Assembly (NCBI GenBank): GCA_951406725.2
Contig: OX597827.1
Coordinates: 9,858,001-9,922,000 of the forward strand
DNA: 64,000 nt
Origin: Octopus vulgaris
Taxonomy: Eukaryota
Reading direction: 5' to 3'
Each line of letters starts with the position of its first letter. Position 1 is the stretch's first letter. Positions 1 through 13,555 of this stretch are shown here, piece after piece. The translations under genes were made by a program, and so were the position numbers. A model generated the notes under the pieces. That model saw nothing but the letters and a program-made list of their open reading frames with translations. It made no database searches and was not told where the DNA came from.

Positions 1-510
1 TCACAAGGCTTTGGTCCAGCCAAGGCCATTGTAGAAGACACTTGTCCAGGGTGCCATGCACTGGAACTGAACCCAGAACCATGTGGTTGGAAAGCTAACT
101 TCTTATTTCTTTATTGCCCACAAGGGGCTAAACATAGAGGGGACAAACAATGACAAACAAAGGGATTAAGTAGATTACATTGACTCCAGTGCGAAAGGAT
201 GAAAGGCAAAGTCAACATCAGCAGAATTTGAACTCAGAACATAGCGATGGGCGAAATACCTATTTCTTTATTACCCACAAGGGGCTAAACGCAGAGTGGA
301 CAAACAAGGACAGACACACAGATTAACTCGATTACATCAACCCCAGTGTGTAACTGGTACTTGATTTATCGACCCCGAAAGGATGAAAGGCAAAGTCGAC
401 CTCGGCGGAATTTGAACTCAGAACGTAACAGCAGACGAAATACGGCTATGCATTTCGCCCGGCGTGCTAACGTTTCTGCCAGCCCGCCTTCTTACCACAC
501 AGCCATGCTT
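1..510 (-). mobile_element. SINE A 5' part, interrupted by a SINE B dimer
   Basis: 1-104 matches the SINE A head (ggaactgaacccagaaccatgtggttgg). It resumes at ~491 (accacacagccatgc), with ttctt on both sides of the insert. Confidence 0.8.
105..489 (-). mobile_element. SINE B head-to-tail dimer
   Basis: Two copies of gaaaggatgaaaggcaaagtc..gaatttgaactcagaac and of the tail cccacaaggggctaaac, joined at gaaatacctatttcttt. Confidence 0.85.
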
Positions 511-831
511 GTGTCTCTGCCACCAGAACTTTTATTCCTAAAATACACAGCACAAGCTCCAATTCCTTGATTCCTTTAACCGTTTTATTACTGTCCCTGT
601 GGCTGCAGTAGTCGTGGTAGTGTGGTAGAAATAACTAAGGGAAGGATGGACTAAAATAAAAGAATGGTTGAACTAGTATTTAGTTCAGGGCAAATTATTG
701 TTGTTGAAGTTGGTTTTGATGATATTGCAACTGTTGCTGTTGATGGTAGTCTTAGCTCACTCTTTAACAAACAAACCTTTTATCATAGCATTCCAGCCAT
801 GACCATCTTGTCAATTGCATTTTTTAGGCAT

Positions 832-1048
832 CTCTTTCTCTTTTACTCTTTTATTTGTTTCAGTCATTTGACTGCGGCCATGCTGGAGCACCGCCTTTTT
901 AGTCGAGCAAATCGACCCCGGGACTTATTCTTTGTAAGCCCAGTACTTATTCTATCGGTCTCTTTTGCCGAACCGCTAAGTAACGGGGACGTAAACACAC
1001 CAGCATCGGTTGTCAAGCGATGTTGGGGAGACAAACACAGACACACAA

Positions 1049-1087
<39 letters not shown>

Positions 1088-1258
1088 CATATATACGACA
1101 GGCTTCTTTCAGTTTCCGTCTACCAAATCCACTCACAAGGCATTGGTCGGCCTGGGGCTATAGCAGAAGATACTTGCCCAAGATGCCACACAGTGGGACT
1201 GAACTCGGAACCATGTGGTTGGTTAGCAAGCTACTTACCACACAGCCACTCCTGCGCC
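832..1258 (-). mobile_element. SINE A, full length (tRNA-derived head, internal (TA)/(TG) microsatellite, (gagtaaaa)n-like tail)
   Basis: Family consensus has A-box-like tggctgtgtgg, B-box-like ggttcagtccc and a CORE-like cttgggcaag. Many near-identical copies occur in the window. Confidence 0.9.
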
Positions 1259-1261
1259 TAT

Positions 1262-1504
1262 CTATTTTTTTCTTTTTCATCTAGTTTCAGCTCACGAGCT
1301 GTGGCCATGCTGGGGCACTGCCATTTAGTGTTGCTACATAATTTTACTTCACGAATGCTTTTTAGCAATTGACATTTGGTGCATGAGAGAGTTTGACGCA
1401 GCTGCCCTCATCTGCACCTCCTGCTGTGAAGTTGGTTCATCTGGGACACCTGGCAGGAAGAGGTCCTGCTTTATTTTGAAGACACCTACATCCACCCCGT
1501 ACAG
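1262..1504 (-). mobile_element. LINE 3' end (CR1-group ORF2 C-terminus plus 3' UTR)
   Basis: 1504-1349 translates LYGVDVGVFKIKQDLFLPGVPDEPTSQQEVQMRAAASNSLMHQMSIAKKHS*. The FK..D.FL..VPDEP...RAA.SNSL pattern is typical of LINE ORF2 ends. The 3' UTR matches the SINE A tail. Confidence 0.75.
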
Positions 1505-1540
1505 CTATGTATGTGTCTATTCACAGTTTTTCTTTAAGGT

Positions 1541-2050
1541 CATCATCATCATCATCATCATCGTGTAATGTCCGCTTTCCATGCTAGCGTGGGTTGGACG
1601 ATTTTGACTGAGGGCTGGCGAACCAGATGGCTGCACCAGGCTCCAATCTTGATCTGGCAGAGTTTCTACAGCTGGATGCCCTTCCTAACGCCAACCACTC
1701 CGAGAGTGTAGTGGGTGCTTTTTACGTGCCATCGGCATGAGGGCCAGTCAGGCGGTACTGGCAATGACCTCACTCGAATCTTTTTACACGTGCCACCGGC
1801 ACAGGTACCAGTGAAGCGACGTTGGTAACGATCACGCTCGAATGGTACCCTTTTACGTGACACGGTTACGGAAGCCAGTTGGCTGCTCTGGCAACGATCA
1901 CGCTCGGATGGTGCTCTTGGCACCCTACTAGCACAGGCACAAGTGCCAGTAAGGCGATGCTGCTAACGATCATACTCGTATATTAAGGCAACGCTGGTAA
2001 TGATCATACTCGTATATTAAGGCAATGCTGGTAATGATCATACTCGTATA
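1541..2050 (-). mobile_element. RTE LINE 3' UTR copy (family C) with (GAT)n tail
   Basis: (cat)n, then cagctggatgcccttcctaacgccaaccac and repeated tttacgtgccac units; same sequence as 15790-16071. Confidence 0.85.
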
Positions 2051-2054
2051 TTAA

Positions 2055-2285
2055 GGTGGCGAGTTGGCAGAAACGTTAGCACGCCGGGCGAAATGCTTAG
2101 CGGTATTTCGTCTGTCGTTACGTTGTGAGTTCAAATTCCGCCGAGGTTGACTTTGCCTTTCATCCTTCCGGGGTCGATAAATTAAGTACCAGTTCCGCAC
2201 TGGGGTCAATGTAATCGACTTAATACCTATGTCTGTCCTTGTTTGTCCCCTCTGTGTTTAGCCCCTTGTGGGTAATAAAGAAATA
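2055..2285 (+). mobile_element. SINE B, full length
   Basis: ggtggcgagttggcagaaacgttagc head, gagttcaaattcc B box, gcctttcatccttccggggtcgataa core; ggtaatgatcatactcg on both sides. Confidence 0.9.
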
Positions 2286-2929
2286 GGTAATGATCATACT
2301 CGAATGATAGTTGTGAATCGAGGGAGATTAAACCGCTATTTCTAGCAGTGTAATGAACTCCTTATTGCCTCAGACTTTAAAGGTGTTGGGAGAATAATCT
2401 AAACACGCATGGAAGGAATCAAATTTGATTTTCGAAAATGTTTTGAAATGATGATGAATTACCATTCCTCACTATCCTCCCACACCCTGTCATTGTCACT
2501 GTGTCTCTCCCTCTGCTTCCTCTCTTTCCAACCTTCCCTTCTTTTACCTCCTCAGTTTCTTCCCTTTTCCCTTTCCTCCTGCTTCTTCTTCTCCTTCTCT
2601 CTATCTCTCTCCCCTTCTCTCTTGTCTCTCTCAGTCTCACAGACATTCAGACACACACATACATTCAGAAATGTATCTCTCTGTAATTAGACAAATTATA
2701 TATATATATATACTCATTACACGTGATTATGTTTGTATATGTCTGTAAGTGTGTGTATATATATATATATATATATTTATATACGTAAAACATGGATTTA
2801 AATGAGGATGTATGCCTAAAGTCACAATTTAAATCCTATCTATGAAAGTGTGTGTGTGCATGTGAAATATCTATCTGTCTGTCTGTCAGTCAGTCAGTTA
2901 GTCAGTTTGTCCGTCTGTCTGTCTGCCTG

Positions 2930-3507
<578 letters not shown>

Positions 3508-3775
3508 TATATATATGTCTGTCTATCTTGCTTCAAGCTGAAACATCCTTTGAGTGTTGGAGCTAATCCTGGTCCCCATATTATATAGGCAAGTGAGTGC
3601 TCAAGACCCCTACCTCCTGGATGGGACACAGGTCTACCTGAAGATTAACACCTGGAATATCGGCCTACTCACCTAGCCAGCAGGGTGGTGGCATCATTCA
3701 AAAGCTAAAATGATGCAAAGCACATTGTGGCCAGCAATGTATGACAACATCTGATTGTCTGGTCGATCACATGTG

Positions 3776-3980
3776 ATATATATATATATTTGTATGTATG
3801 TATATATGTATATGTGTGTATGTATGTATGTATGTATGTATGTATGTATATATATATATATGCATATATATATATGTAAATATGTGTATATATATGTGTA
3901 TGTGTGTATATACATACACACACAGACACACATGTATATATATTTATAGATGTATATGCATACATATATATACATACATA

Positions 3981-4025
<45 letters not shown>

Positions 4026-4796
4026 ATATACATCTATCTGTGTATCTGTCTCTCTACATCTCTCCCCACTTCTCTATATATACATCTATTTATATATTAT
4101 ATGCTCACACACACACACACTCACACACACACATATATATATAGACATATACCTGCATACATACATACAGTCATACATACATACATACATACATACATAC
4201 ATACATACATACATACATACATACATACATACATACATACATACATACATACATACATACATACATACAAACATACATACATACATACACACACACACAT
4301 ACATACATACATACATACATACATACATACACACATACATACATACATACATACATACATACATACATACACACACATACATACATACACACATACATAC
4401 ATACATACATACACATACATACACACATACATACATACATACATACATACATACATACACACACACATACATACATACATACATACATACATACATACAT
4501 ACACACACACATACATACATACACACACACATACATACATACATACATACATACATACAGTCATACACACATACATACATACATACATACACACACACAT
4601 ACATACATACATACATACACACACACATACATACATACATACATACATACATACATACATACATACATACATACATACATACACACACACATACATACAT
4701 ACATACATACATACATACATACACATACATACATACATACACACACATACACACATACATACATACATACATACATACATACATACATACATACAC
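3776..4796. repeat. Compound (TA)/(TATG) and long (TACA)n/(CA)n microsatellite
   Basis: About 640 bp of near-pure (TACA)n from 4157; it produces the spurious HTYI and MYVC ORFs. Confidence 0.95.
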
Positions 4797-5395
4797 GGAA
4801 GAATTTGAATTTATCCGTATGTATGCACAGGAAATACATCATACACATATACACATTAATACGTTTATATAAGCAAAGCACACACACACACTCACGTGCA
4901 CACACACACCTACACACACACACGCATATACACACACATACACACACACTCGTGCAAACATTTACAAACATATATATTTAATCCCCAACAGATATACATA
5001 TGCAAGCACAGAGATATAAACCCCGAAAATTCGCACACAGACACACAGACACACGCACACACACAATTATATATGAACATATACGTAACGCACCTATATA
5101 ATATACTGCACACACGCACACACACGTGCGCGCATGCAGACAAGTTCAGCGATCGACAATTGCACACACGCACACACACACTTACAGAAGAAACACTTTG
5201 CCACTGTTAAAGGGGTTTGTGTTACAAAGAGTCAAATGCTTGCTGCTGTTATGTGTCACAGCAGTCAGTGTCTGGAGAGAAAGCTTTATTTTTCTCCCCC
5301 CCCCCCCGCCCTTGTAGTATTTCTAGTAATTTCTTCATGCTAAGCTGCACAGGAGTTTCTTTCTTTCTTTCTTCCTTCCTTTCTTTCTTTCTTTC

Positions 5396-5443
<48 letters not shown>

Positions 5444-5457
5444 CCCCCTCTGTGTGA

Positions 5458-5645
5458 AAAGCACCTATGCTGGCCCCATGTGAAAAAAACCCTCAGTACA
5501 CTCTGTAAAGTGGTTGTCATTATGAAGGGCATCCAGCCATAGAAACGAAACCAAAAACAGCTGACTGGGGCCTGGTACAGCCCTCCAGCCATGCCAGCAT
5601 GGAAAACAGACATTAAATGATGATGATCATGATGATCATGATGAT
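5458..5645 (+). mobile_element. Family C (RTE tail), short diverged copy
   Basis: gaagggcatccagccatagaaac ... catgccagcatggaaaacagacattaaatgatgatg. Confidence 0.75.
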
Positions 5646-5680
<35 letters not shown>

Positions 5681-5698
5681 AGTACATATATATATATA

Positions 5699-5861
5699 GG
5701 TGCAGGGTGTGGCTGTGTAGTAAGAAGCTTGCTTCCCAACCACATGGTTCTGGGTTCAGTCCGACAGCTTGGCACACTAGGCAAGTGTCTTCTACTATAG
5801 CCTTGGGCCGACCAAAAGCCTTGCGAGCGGATTTGGTAGACAGAAATTCAAAGAAGCCAGT

Positions 5862-5911
<50 letters not shown>

Positions 5912-6123
5912 TTTGTCCACGCTACATTGCTTGACAACCGATGTCGGTGTGTTTACATCCCTGTAACTTAGCATTTCAGCAAAAGAGGCTGATAGGATAA
6001 GTACTAGGCATACAAGAATAAGTTTTGGAGTTGATTTCTTCAACTCAAAAAAACCCCCTTTAAGGCAGTGCTCCAGCAAGGCCACAGTCAAATGACTGAA
6101 ACAAGGAAAAGAAATAAAAGAAT
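5699..6123 (+). mobile_element. SINE A, diverged
   Basis: Same head, core and tail layout as 3058-3507. Confidence 0.85.
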
Positions 6124-6281
6124 ATATGGGTAGGGCCCTAGTACAGGGGTCTCTGGGTTTTGAGGAGTGTGGAACCACCTCTCAACTACTATTTGTTTCC
6201 AGGTCTATACTGACCCAAAGTAATTGCCCTTTTTAGGGTCCTGGCTATAGGTTAACATGCCTGATTATATGGATGGTTATG

Positions 6282-6438
6282 ATTTTACTTAGTTGGGCAT
6301 GTCTTCTCAAGCACAGCAAACTGCCAGAAGTCTTGGTCCCTTGTGAACTCCTCTATGAGGCCCAGCATCTGAAGATCCTTTTTCATCACCATGTACTATG
6401 TGTTCCTAAGCCTATCCCTTCCACAGGTTCCCTCCACA
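6282..6438 (-). mobile_element. Degenerate RTE ORF C-terminus
   Basis: Translates VEGTCGRDRLRNT*YMVMKKDLQMLGLIEEFTRDQDFWQFAVLEKTCPTK*, which aligns with the 15048-15248 peptide. Confidence 0.75.
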
Positions 6439-6565
6439 ATAAGAGTGTAAAATAAAATATCATGTTGATAAAACTTGTCTCCAAATTGTTATAGCTGTCC
6501 CCCAGAGATAACAATATCACAGTGAAAGAACTCAATAAAAATGCAGAAGTACAATAACCTATATA

Positions 6566-6737
6566 GTCGCAGGAGTGGCTGTGTGGTAAGTAGCTTGCTA
6601 ACCAACCACATGGTTCCGGGTTCAGTCCCGCTGCGTGGCACCTTGGGCAAGTGTCTTCTGCTATAGCCCCGGGGCCGACCAATGCCTTGTGAGTGGATTT
6701 GGTAGACGGAAACTGAAAGAAGCCTGTCGTATATATG

Positions 6738-6774
<37 letters not shown>

Positions 6775-6990
6775 TTGTGTGTCTGTGTTTGTCCCCCTAG
6801 CATTGCTTGACAACCGATGCTGGTGTGTTTACGTCCCCATAACTTAGCAGTTCGGCAAAACAGACCGATAGAATAAGTACTGGGCTCACAAAGAATAAGT
6901 CCCGGGGTCGATTTGCTCGACTAATGGCGGTGCTCCAGCATGGCCGCAGTCAAATGACTGAAACAAGTAAAAGAGTAAAAGAGTAAAGAG
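6566..6990 (+). mobile_element. SINE A, full length
   Basis: Near-identical to the other young copies. Confidence 0.9.
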
Positions 6991-7764
6991 TATCTGTTTG
7001 CATTGGGGCTGTGAAAGGAGCCAAAAAAATTCAATGACATGATTATCAGGAAAACCAAGCTTAAAGATCATAAAATATATTTGCCAACTAAATGTGGGAG
7101 TCCCATAGAGGACGATGTTACTGTTGTTTTTAGCCTCAGGAAGACATACCATCCAGCTGGCTAATGACACACTGTGTCCGATTGGTACTTGCAAGGGGAG
7201 GTCACCGCTCCCATCTCTGGCTTTACGTGATACACACGCACTCGGGTTTCTGAGTAGTTACCTGTCTTCAGTGTGTGATAATCATTCAACTTGCAAAATA
7301 CTACGCTTTTTCCAGCAACAAATTGTCGCTGATCTTAAAAATGGAGAAATAAGCTATATCAAATCTCTGAGTGAGAGGTAAACAGTAACAGTATGGAATC
7401 GTAAAATATATTTGCCAACTAAATGTGGCGGTCCCATAGAGGACGATGTTACTACTTAAAGAAATACTGAAAAACAATCCTATTGGGCACTGTGCACATT
7501 ATATGTAGAGCATTATCTCATTAAATTCCATGGTTTACAGGATTGTTATCGAGCACTCTAATGTACATGTGCATAGGCACCGCAGAAATAACTCTTCTGA
7601 AGAAAGAAAACGGTAAGAGGATCCAACCTACAAGGAAGAGGGCCCAAAAACAGTTTTGTTCTGCGATCCTACTTACAAGGGCTTGTGCTGCAGCCCTGAA
7701 AGCAGTTAGGGGATATGGCGTTATTTTTCAGTGATTCATTAGATCATAGTTCTAATACCTCATC

Positions 7765-8020
7765 TCTTTTTTTTTACTTGCTTCAGTCATTTGATTGTGG
7801 CCATGCAGGAGCATCACCTTTAGTCAAGCTAATCGACCCCCAGGCCTTGTTCTTTGTAAGCCTAGTACTTATGCCATCGGTCTCTTTTGCTGAACTGCTA
7901 AGTTACAGGGACGTAAACACACCAGCATCGGTTGTCAAGCGATGTTGGGGGACAAACACAAACATACACACACACATATATATGATGGGCTTCTTTCAGT
8001 TTCCGTCTACCAAATCCACT
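7765..8020 (-). mobile_element. SINE A 3' half
   Basis: cagtcatttgattgtggccatgc ... ttccgtctaccaaatccact. Confidence 0.8.
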
Positions 8021-8517
8021 GTTGTAACACCCCGCCCCTTTGTGGTTAGCCATATTGAGATGGCTATTATACTTTACATCTCTAAAAATGCTTATATAGT
8101 TATTTCCCTTACAAACCTGAACAACGCCGTGCGATACTGCTAGTTATTACTAAAACATTTTGTATATTGTAGAAATAAAGTCAATTTATTGCAGAAAAAT
8201 TCCAACAAAAATTTTTATATGGACCCTTGTTCAGAACCAAATGCTGTGGAAAATTACTCTTGTTTCTAGCTGCAAGCAAGGCTGTGTAATTAAGGATTTA
8301 TAACTGTTGTAATTCTTGGTTCAATCCCACTGCACAGCACATATGTGATTGCTTGCCCTGGATACGAATTGAAGCAGAATCTCCCTTAAACTGCACTTTG
8401 CTGTTTGTGATCTTAAATAAAGGTCACAATGGATAAATGGTAGTCCAAGACAAACCACTTCGAATGGACGAGTGTCACATCCGGTAAACCTCAGAGCTTA
8501 GGTCTGCAGAGCAGGGA

Positions 8518-9672
<1,155 letters not shown>

Positions 9673-9956
9673 ATTACTTCTGCTGCAACAGTAGCCCGTT
9701 GCCGTGGTTACTCACAACGTAGCTTCTACTGCTGTGGTTGTTACTCACACTGCCGGGTGATGCAGCAGCCCAGCTTCCTCCTCCTCTCTCTCTCTCTCTC
9801 TCTCCCTCTCTCTCTCTCTCTTTCTCTCTCTCACATCTTCCACCACAATGTTAGACTTCCGACAGAATCCTTAGAATGTTGACCAATCATGCCATGCCGT
9901 GTTTAGGTTCAGAGCCTCAGCGTTTTGAGTTCAAATCCGGCCAAGGCTGAATTTAT

Positions 9957-10284
9957 ACTTTTTTATTCTTTTACTTGTTTCAGTCATTTGACTGCGGCCA
10001 TGCTGGAGCACCGCCTTTAGTCGAGCAAATCAACACCAGCATCGGTTGTCAAGCAATGCTAGGGGGACAAACACAGACACACAAACATATACACACATAT
10101 ACATATATATATACATATATACAGTGGGCTTCTTTCAGTCTCCGTCTACCAAATCCACTCACAAGGCATTGGTCGGCCCGGGGCTATAGCAGAAGACACT
10201 TGCCCAAGGTGCCACGCAGTGGGACTGAACCCAGAACCATGTGGTTGGTAGACAGGCTACTTACCACACAACTACTCCTGCACC
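9957..10284 (-). mobile_element. SINE A with internal deletion
   Basis: gagcaaatc joins directly to aacaccagcatcgg, so about 80 bp is missing. Confidence 0.85.
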
Positions 10285-10304
10285 TATAATTACTTTTTTT
10301 GAAT

Positions 10305-10503
10305 CCAGAAACAAGGTATGAAATTGTGAGGGGAGGAGAAGGGGGGGAAGGGAGCGGGGGTGGTCAGTTGATTAAACAGACCCCTTCACCCCAGTATATG
10401 ACTGGTGCTTTATTTTATCGAGCCTGAAAAAGACGAAAGGCAAAGTGAGAACCTTGGTGGAATTTGAACTCAGAACGCAAAAGACGGACGAAATGCCACT
10501 AAG
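10305..10503 (-). mobile_element. SINE B, diverged
   Basis: gaaaggcaaagtg..ggaatttgaactcagaacg..gaaatgccactaagc. Confidence 0.7.
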
Positions 10504-10527
10504 CGAACGGTGATTCTGCTGTAGCTG

Positions 10528-10593
10528 CCACTACAATTACTACTACTACTACTACTACTAATACAATTACTACTAGTACTACTACAGTACCAA

Positions 10594-10627
<34 letters not shown>

Positions 10628-10722
10628 AACTACTACAGCTACTACTACTACTACTACTACTACTAGTACTACTACTGCAATTACTACTAGTACTACTACA
10701 ACAGCACCAACTACTACTACTA

Positions 10723-10794
<72 letters not shown>

Positions 10795-10890
10795 GTACTA
10801 CTACAACTACTACTACAGCAGCATCAACTGTTACTAGTACTACTACTGCAACTATTACAGCCTCTACTACTACTACTACTACTACTACTG
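10528..10890. repeat. (CTA)n/(CTG)n compound microsatellite
   Basis: Read directly from the sequence. Confidence 0.9.
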
Positions 10891-11370
10891 TTGGCGTCCT
10901 TTCGTTCTGTAGAAGTACCCAAGTGCAATAAGCATCTTCAGCGACTGAAGGTTTCTCTATGATCACAGTATTTGATATCGGTTCCATATTTTGGCACAAG
11001 GCCAGCCAGCAATCTCAGGGAGGGGCTAAGATGATCACATCGCCCCCCCCCCGCCAGTGTTCAACTGATCCTTATTTTCTCAACCCTGAAAGGATGAAAG
11101 GCAAAGACGACCCCGGCAGAATTTGAACTCAGGACCTGAGGACATTCAAACAGCATTTAATACTGAACTGTGATTTGATCCTGGGCCATTTACATTATTT
11201 GCAGAGACCTTATACTGTTGATGTTATTTATCCCTAGTCAATTCTGCTTCAGTAGATCTATGATCAAAAACATTCCAGCCATGACCATCCACACTTTTGT
11301 TTTCTTTTACTTTTTGAGCAGCTCACTTTGCAACCATGTGACCTTGGGTTCAATCCCATTGCATTGCACC

Positions 11371-11985
11371 TGGTTGTGGCGGTGTTGGTGGTGGGGCTGC
11401 TATGATAAGTGGTGATGTATCAGAGACATTTATCAACATTCTGACCACAGCCCCCCCCCCCAAAAAAAAAATTAACGTTTTCTTGATTAGAGTTGACTTC
11501 GACTAAACACCAATAAGAATACAAAAAAAATATGTTTTAAATAAACGAAATGGTTCTCTACTAAAATTACGATATTTCTTTACTCTTTTAAAATTAAATT
11601 CCTCCTCAAGATTACGCGAACATGTGAACGCACACAACGCACAACGCACACAACGCACACACGCACATTACGATTGCGAGTTCATGTGTGTGTGTGTCTG
11701 AGCGCACGCACCTGCGTGTGTGCAATATCAACAAGTTGTCTCCCTTACACCATAGATTATTTATTTTTTTACCCTAAGTTTGTAAAGTTTTCACTTTTAA
11801 TCTTAAATACAAATCCAGCCTCTTCATGTTCGTTCGACCTGTTAGAAACTGTAGCCAGATTTCACTTTGAACAAAACTTGATTAATAAATACTTTTATTT
11901 ATTTATTTATGTGCCCTTTTCAAGCCTAGCAAGGCTCATGGGCCCGGTTTCCCAATTTCTATGGCGTACGTGTTCCCCCCAGCTG
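11371..11985 (+). repeat. Local segmental duplication, copy 1
   Basis: Collinear with 13556-14625 (tgctatgataagtggtgatgtatcagagacat; tccagcctcttcatgttcgttcgacctgttagaaactgtagcc). Confidence 0.9.
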
Positions 11986-12178
11986 GACGGGGCACCAGTC
12001 CATCGCAGCGTTAGAAAGAGTGAGAGAAAGTTGGGGCGAAAGAGTACAACAGGGGTTGCCACCATCCTCTGCCGGAGCCTCGTGAAGCTTGTAGGTGTTT
12101 TCGCTCGATAAACACACACAACGCCCGACCTGGGAATCGAGCCCGCTGCCCCTAACCACTGGGCCATTGCTGCCTCCA
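11900..12178 (-). mobile_element. tRNA-derived SINE G
   Basis: Reverse-strand head ggaggcagcaatggcccagtggttaggg..gattcccagg. Body shared with 13205-13416 and 17330-17605. Confidence 0.8.
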
Positions 12179-12234
12179 CAATAAATACATAAATAAGTGA
12201 TATATAAGACTGCCTTGCATGTTCGAAGGCTAGA

Positions 12235-12610
12235 TTATAAACAAATCGACCTCAGGACTTATTCTTTGTAATGTAAGCGCCTAGTACTTATTTTATCGTT
12301 CTTTTTTGCCGAACCGCTAAGTCACGGAGACGTAAACTCTCCACCATCGGTTGTCAAGTGATGTTGGAGGGGGGGGGCAAACACAGACATACAAACACAC
12401 ACACACACACATATATATATACATATATATAAATACACACACACACATATATATAAATACACATACGACGGCTTCTTTCAGTTTCCGTCTACCAAATCCA
12501 CTCACAAGGCTTTGGTCAGCCGAAGGCTATAGTAGAAGACACTTGCCCAAGGGACTGAACCCGGAACCATGTGGTTTGTAAGCAAGCTACTTACCACATA
12601 GCCACTCCTA
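12235..12610 (-). mobile_element. SINE A, tail missing
   Basis: ggacttattctttg..gccgaaccgctaag..tctaccaaatccactcacaagg..cttaccacatagccactcc. Confidence 0.85.
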
Positions 12611-12616
12611 TGTCTA

Positions 12617-12800
12617 TGAAATGCTGCTTAGCGGCATTTCGGCTGTCTTTGTGTTCTGAGTTCAAATTCTGTCAAAGTTGACTTTGCCGTTTTATCCTTC
12701 TGGGGATAATAAAATAAGTACCAGTTGAGAACTGGGGGTTGATGAAATCGACCTACACCCTCCCCCAAATTGCTGGCCTTGTGCCAAAATTCGAAACTAA
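12617..12800 (+). mobile_element. SINE B with alternative tail (ggccttgtgccaaaattcgaaac)
   Basis: B core followed by ccctcccccaaattgctggccttgtgcc. Confidence 0.8.
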
Positions 12801-13034
12801 TATATCCTCATATATCTTACTATTTAAAATGACAGGGTGCGATTTGAGGGAGAGTTGTCTGCTATTTATAGCAGAGCAAATGGCTACATTAAAGATAGCC
12901 TTGACTGGTGCTCGCTGATGGTGATGAGAGTGTCGGCAGCAGTGGAAGTGTTATAGGTGGGGATGAATGTAGTATTGTCTATGGTGGTGACGACGAAGGA
13001 GATGGTCGAAATATTGTTGCTGTAGCTATTGAGC

Positions 13035-13416
13035 GAAGCGGTCTTCATCCCAGAGCTCGCAAGTTCGCGCCTCCGTAGTGGGAAAAGTCCGAAACGTGGT
13101 CCTTTGCTATTCGTAAGACCAGCAGAAGAGAAAGCAGGTCAACCCCCGACACCGAGAGCATCGACGGATGGATGAATGCGCATTCAGGCTCAGCAGTTGC
13201 GTAGGAAGTCGGGGACAAGAAACAGGATGAAAGAGTGAGAGAAAGTTGGAGAGAAAGAGTACAACAGGGGTCGGCACCCCCACTCCCTGCCGGAGCCTTG
13301 TGGAGCTTTTAGGTGTTTTCACTCAATAAACACACACAACGCCCGGTCTGGGAATCGAAACAGCGATCCTCCGACCGCGAGTCCGCTGCCCAAACTATTG
13401 GGCCATTGAGCCTCCA
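13035..13416 (-). mobile_element. SINE G head and core with a different 3' region
   Basis: acacacacaacgcccggtctgggaatcgaaac..gggccattgagcctcca is shared with 11900-12178; the tail differs and its boundary is uncertain. Confidence 0.7.
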
Positions 13417-13555
13417 CTGTCGTTGCTATTGATGATGATGATGTTCTCGTATTTATTGTTGTTAGTGGTGGTCGTGGTGGTATTGCTGGTAGTGTTATTG
13501 GCTGTTGTGTTGGCGGCGGTGGTGTTTGTCATGGCATTATTACTGTTACTGATGC

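Noticed and set aside
664-1372. Recurring ORF motifs (SFSFRLPNPLTR, HLTAAMLEHRL) suggesting a gene family
   Set aside because: They are translations of SINE A copies.
3694-4971. Long ORFs up to 336 aa (HTYI/MYVC repeats)
   Set aside because: Translations of (TACA)n, open in several frames on both strands.
13060-13105. Hammerhead-like gtccgaaacgtggtc
   Set aside because: No CTGANGA-like core or stem II partner upstream.
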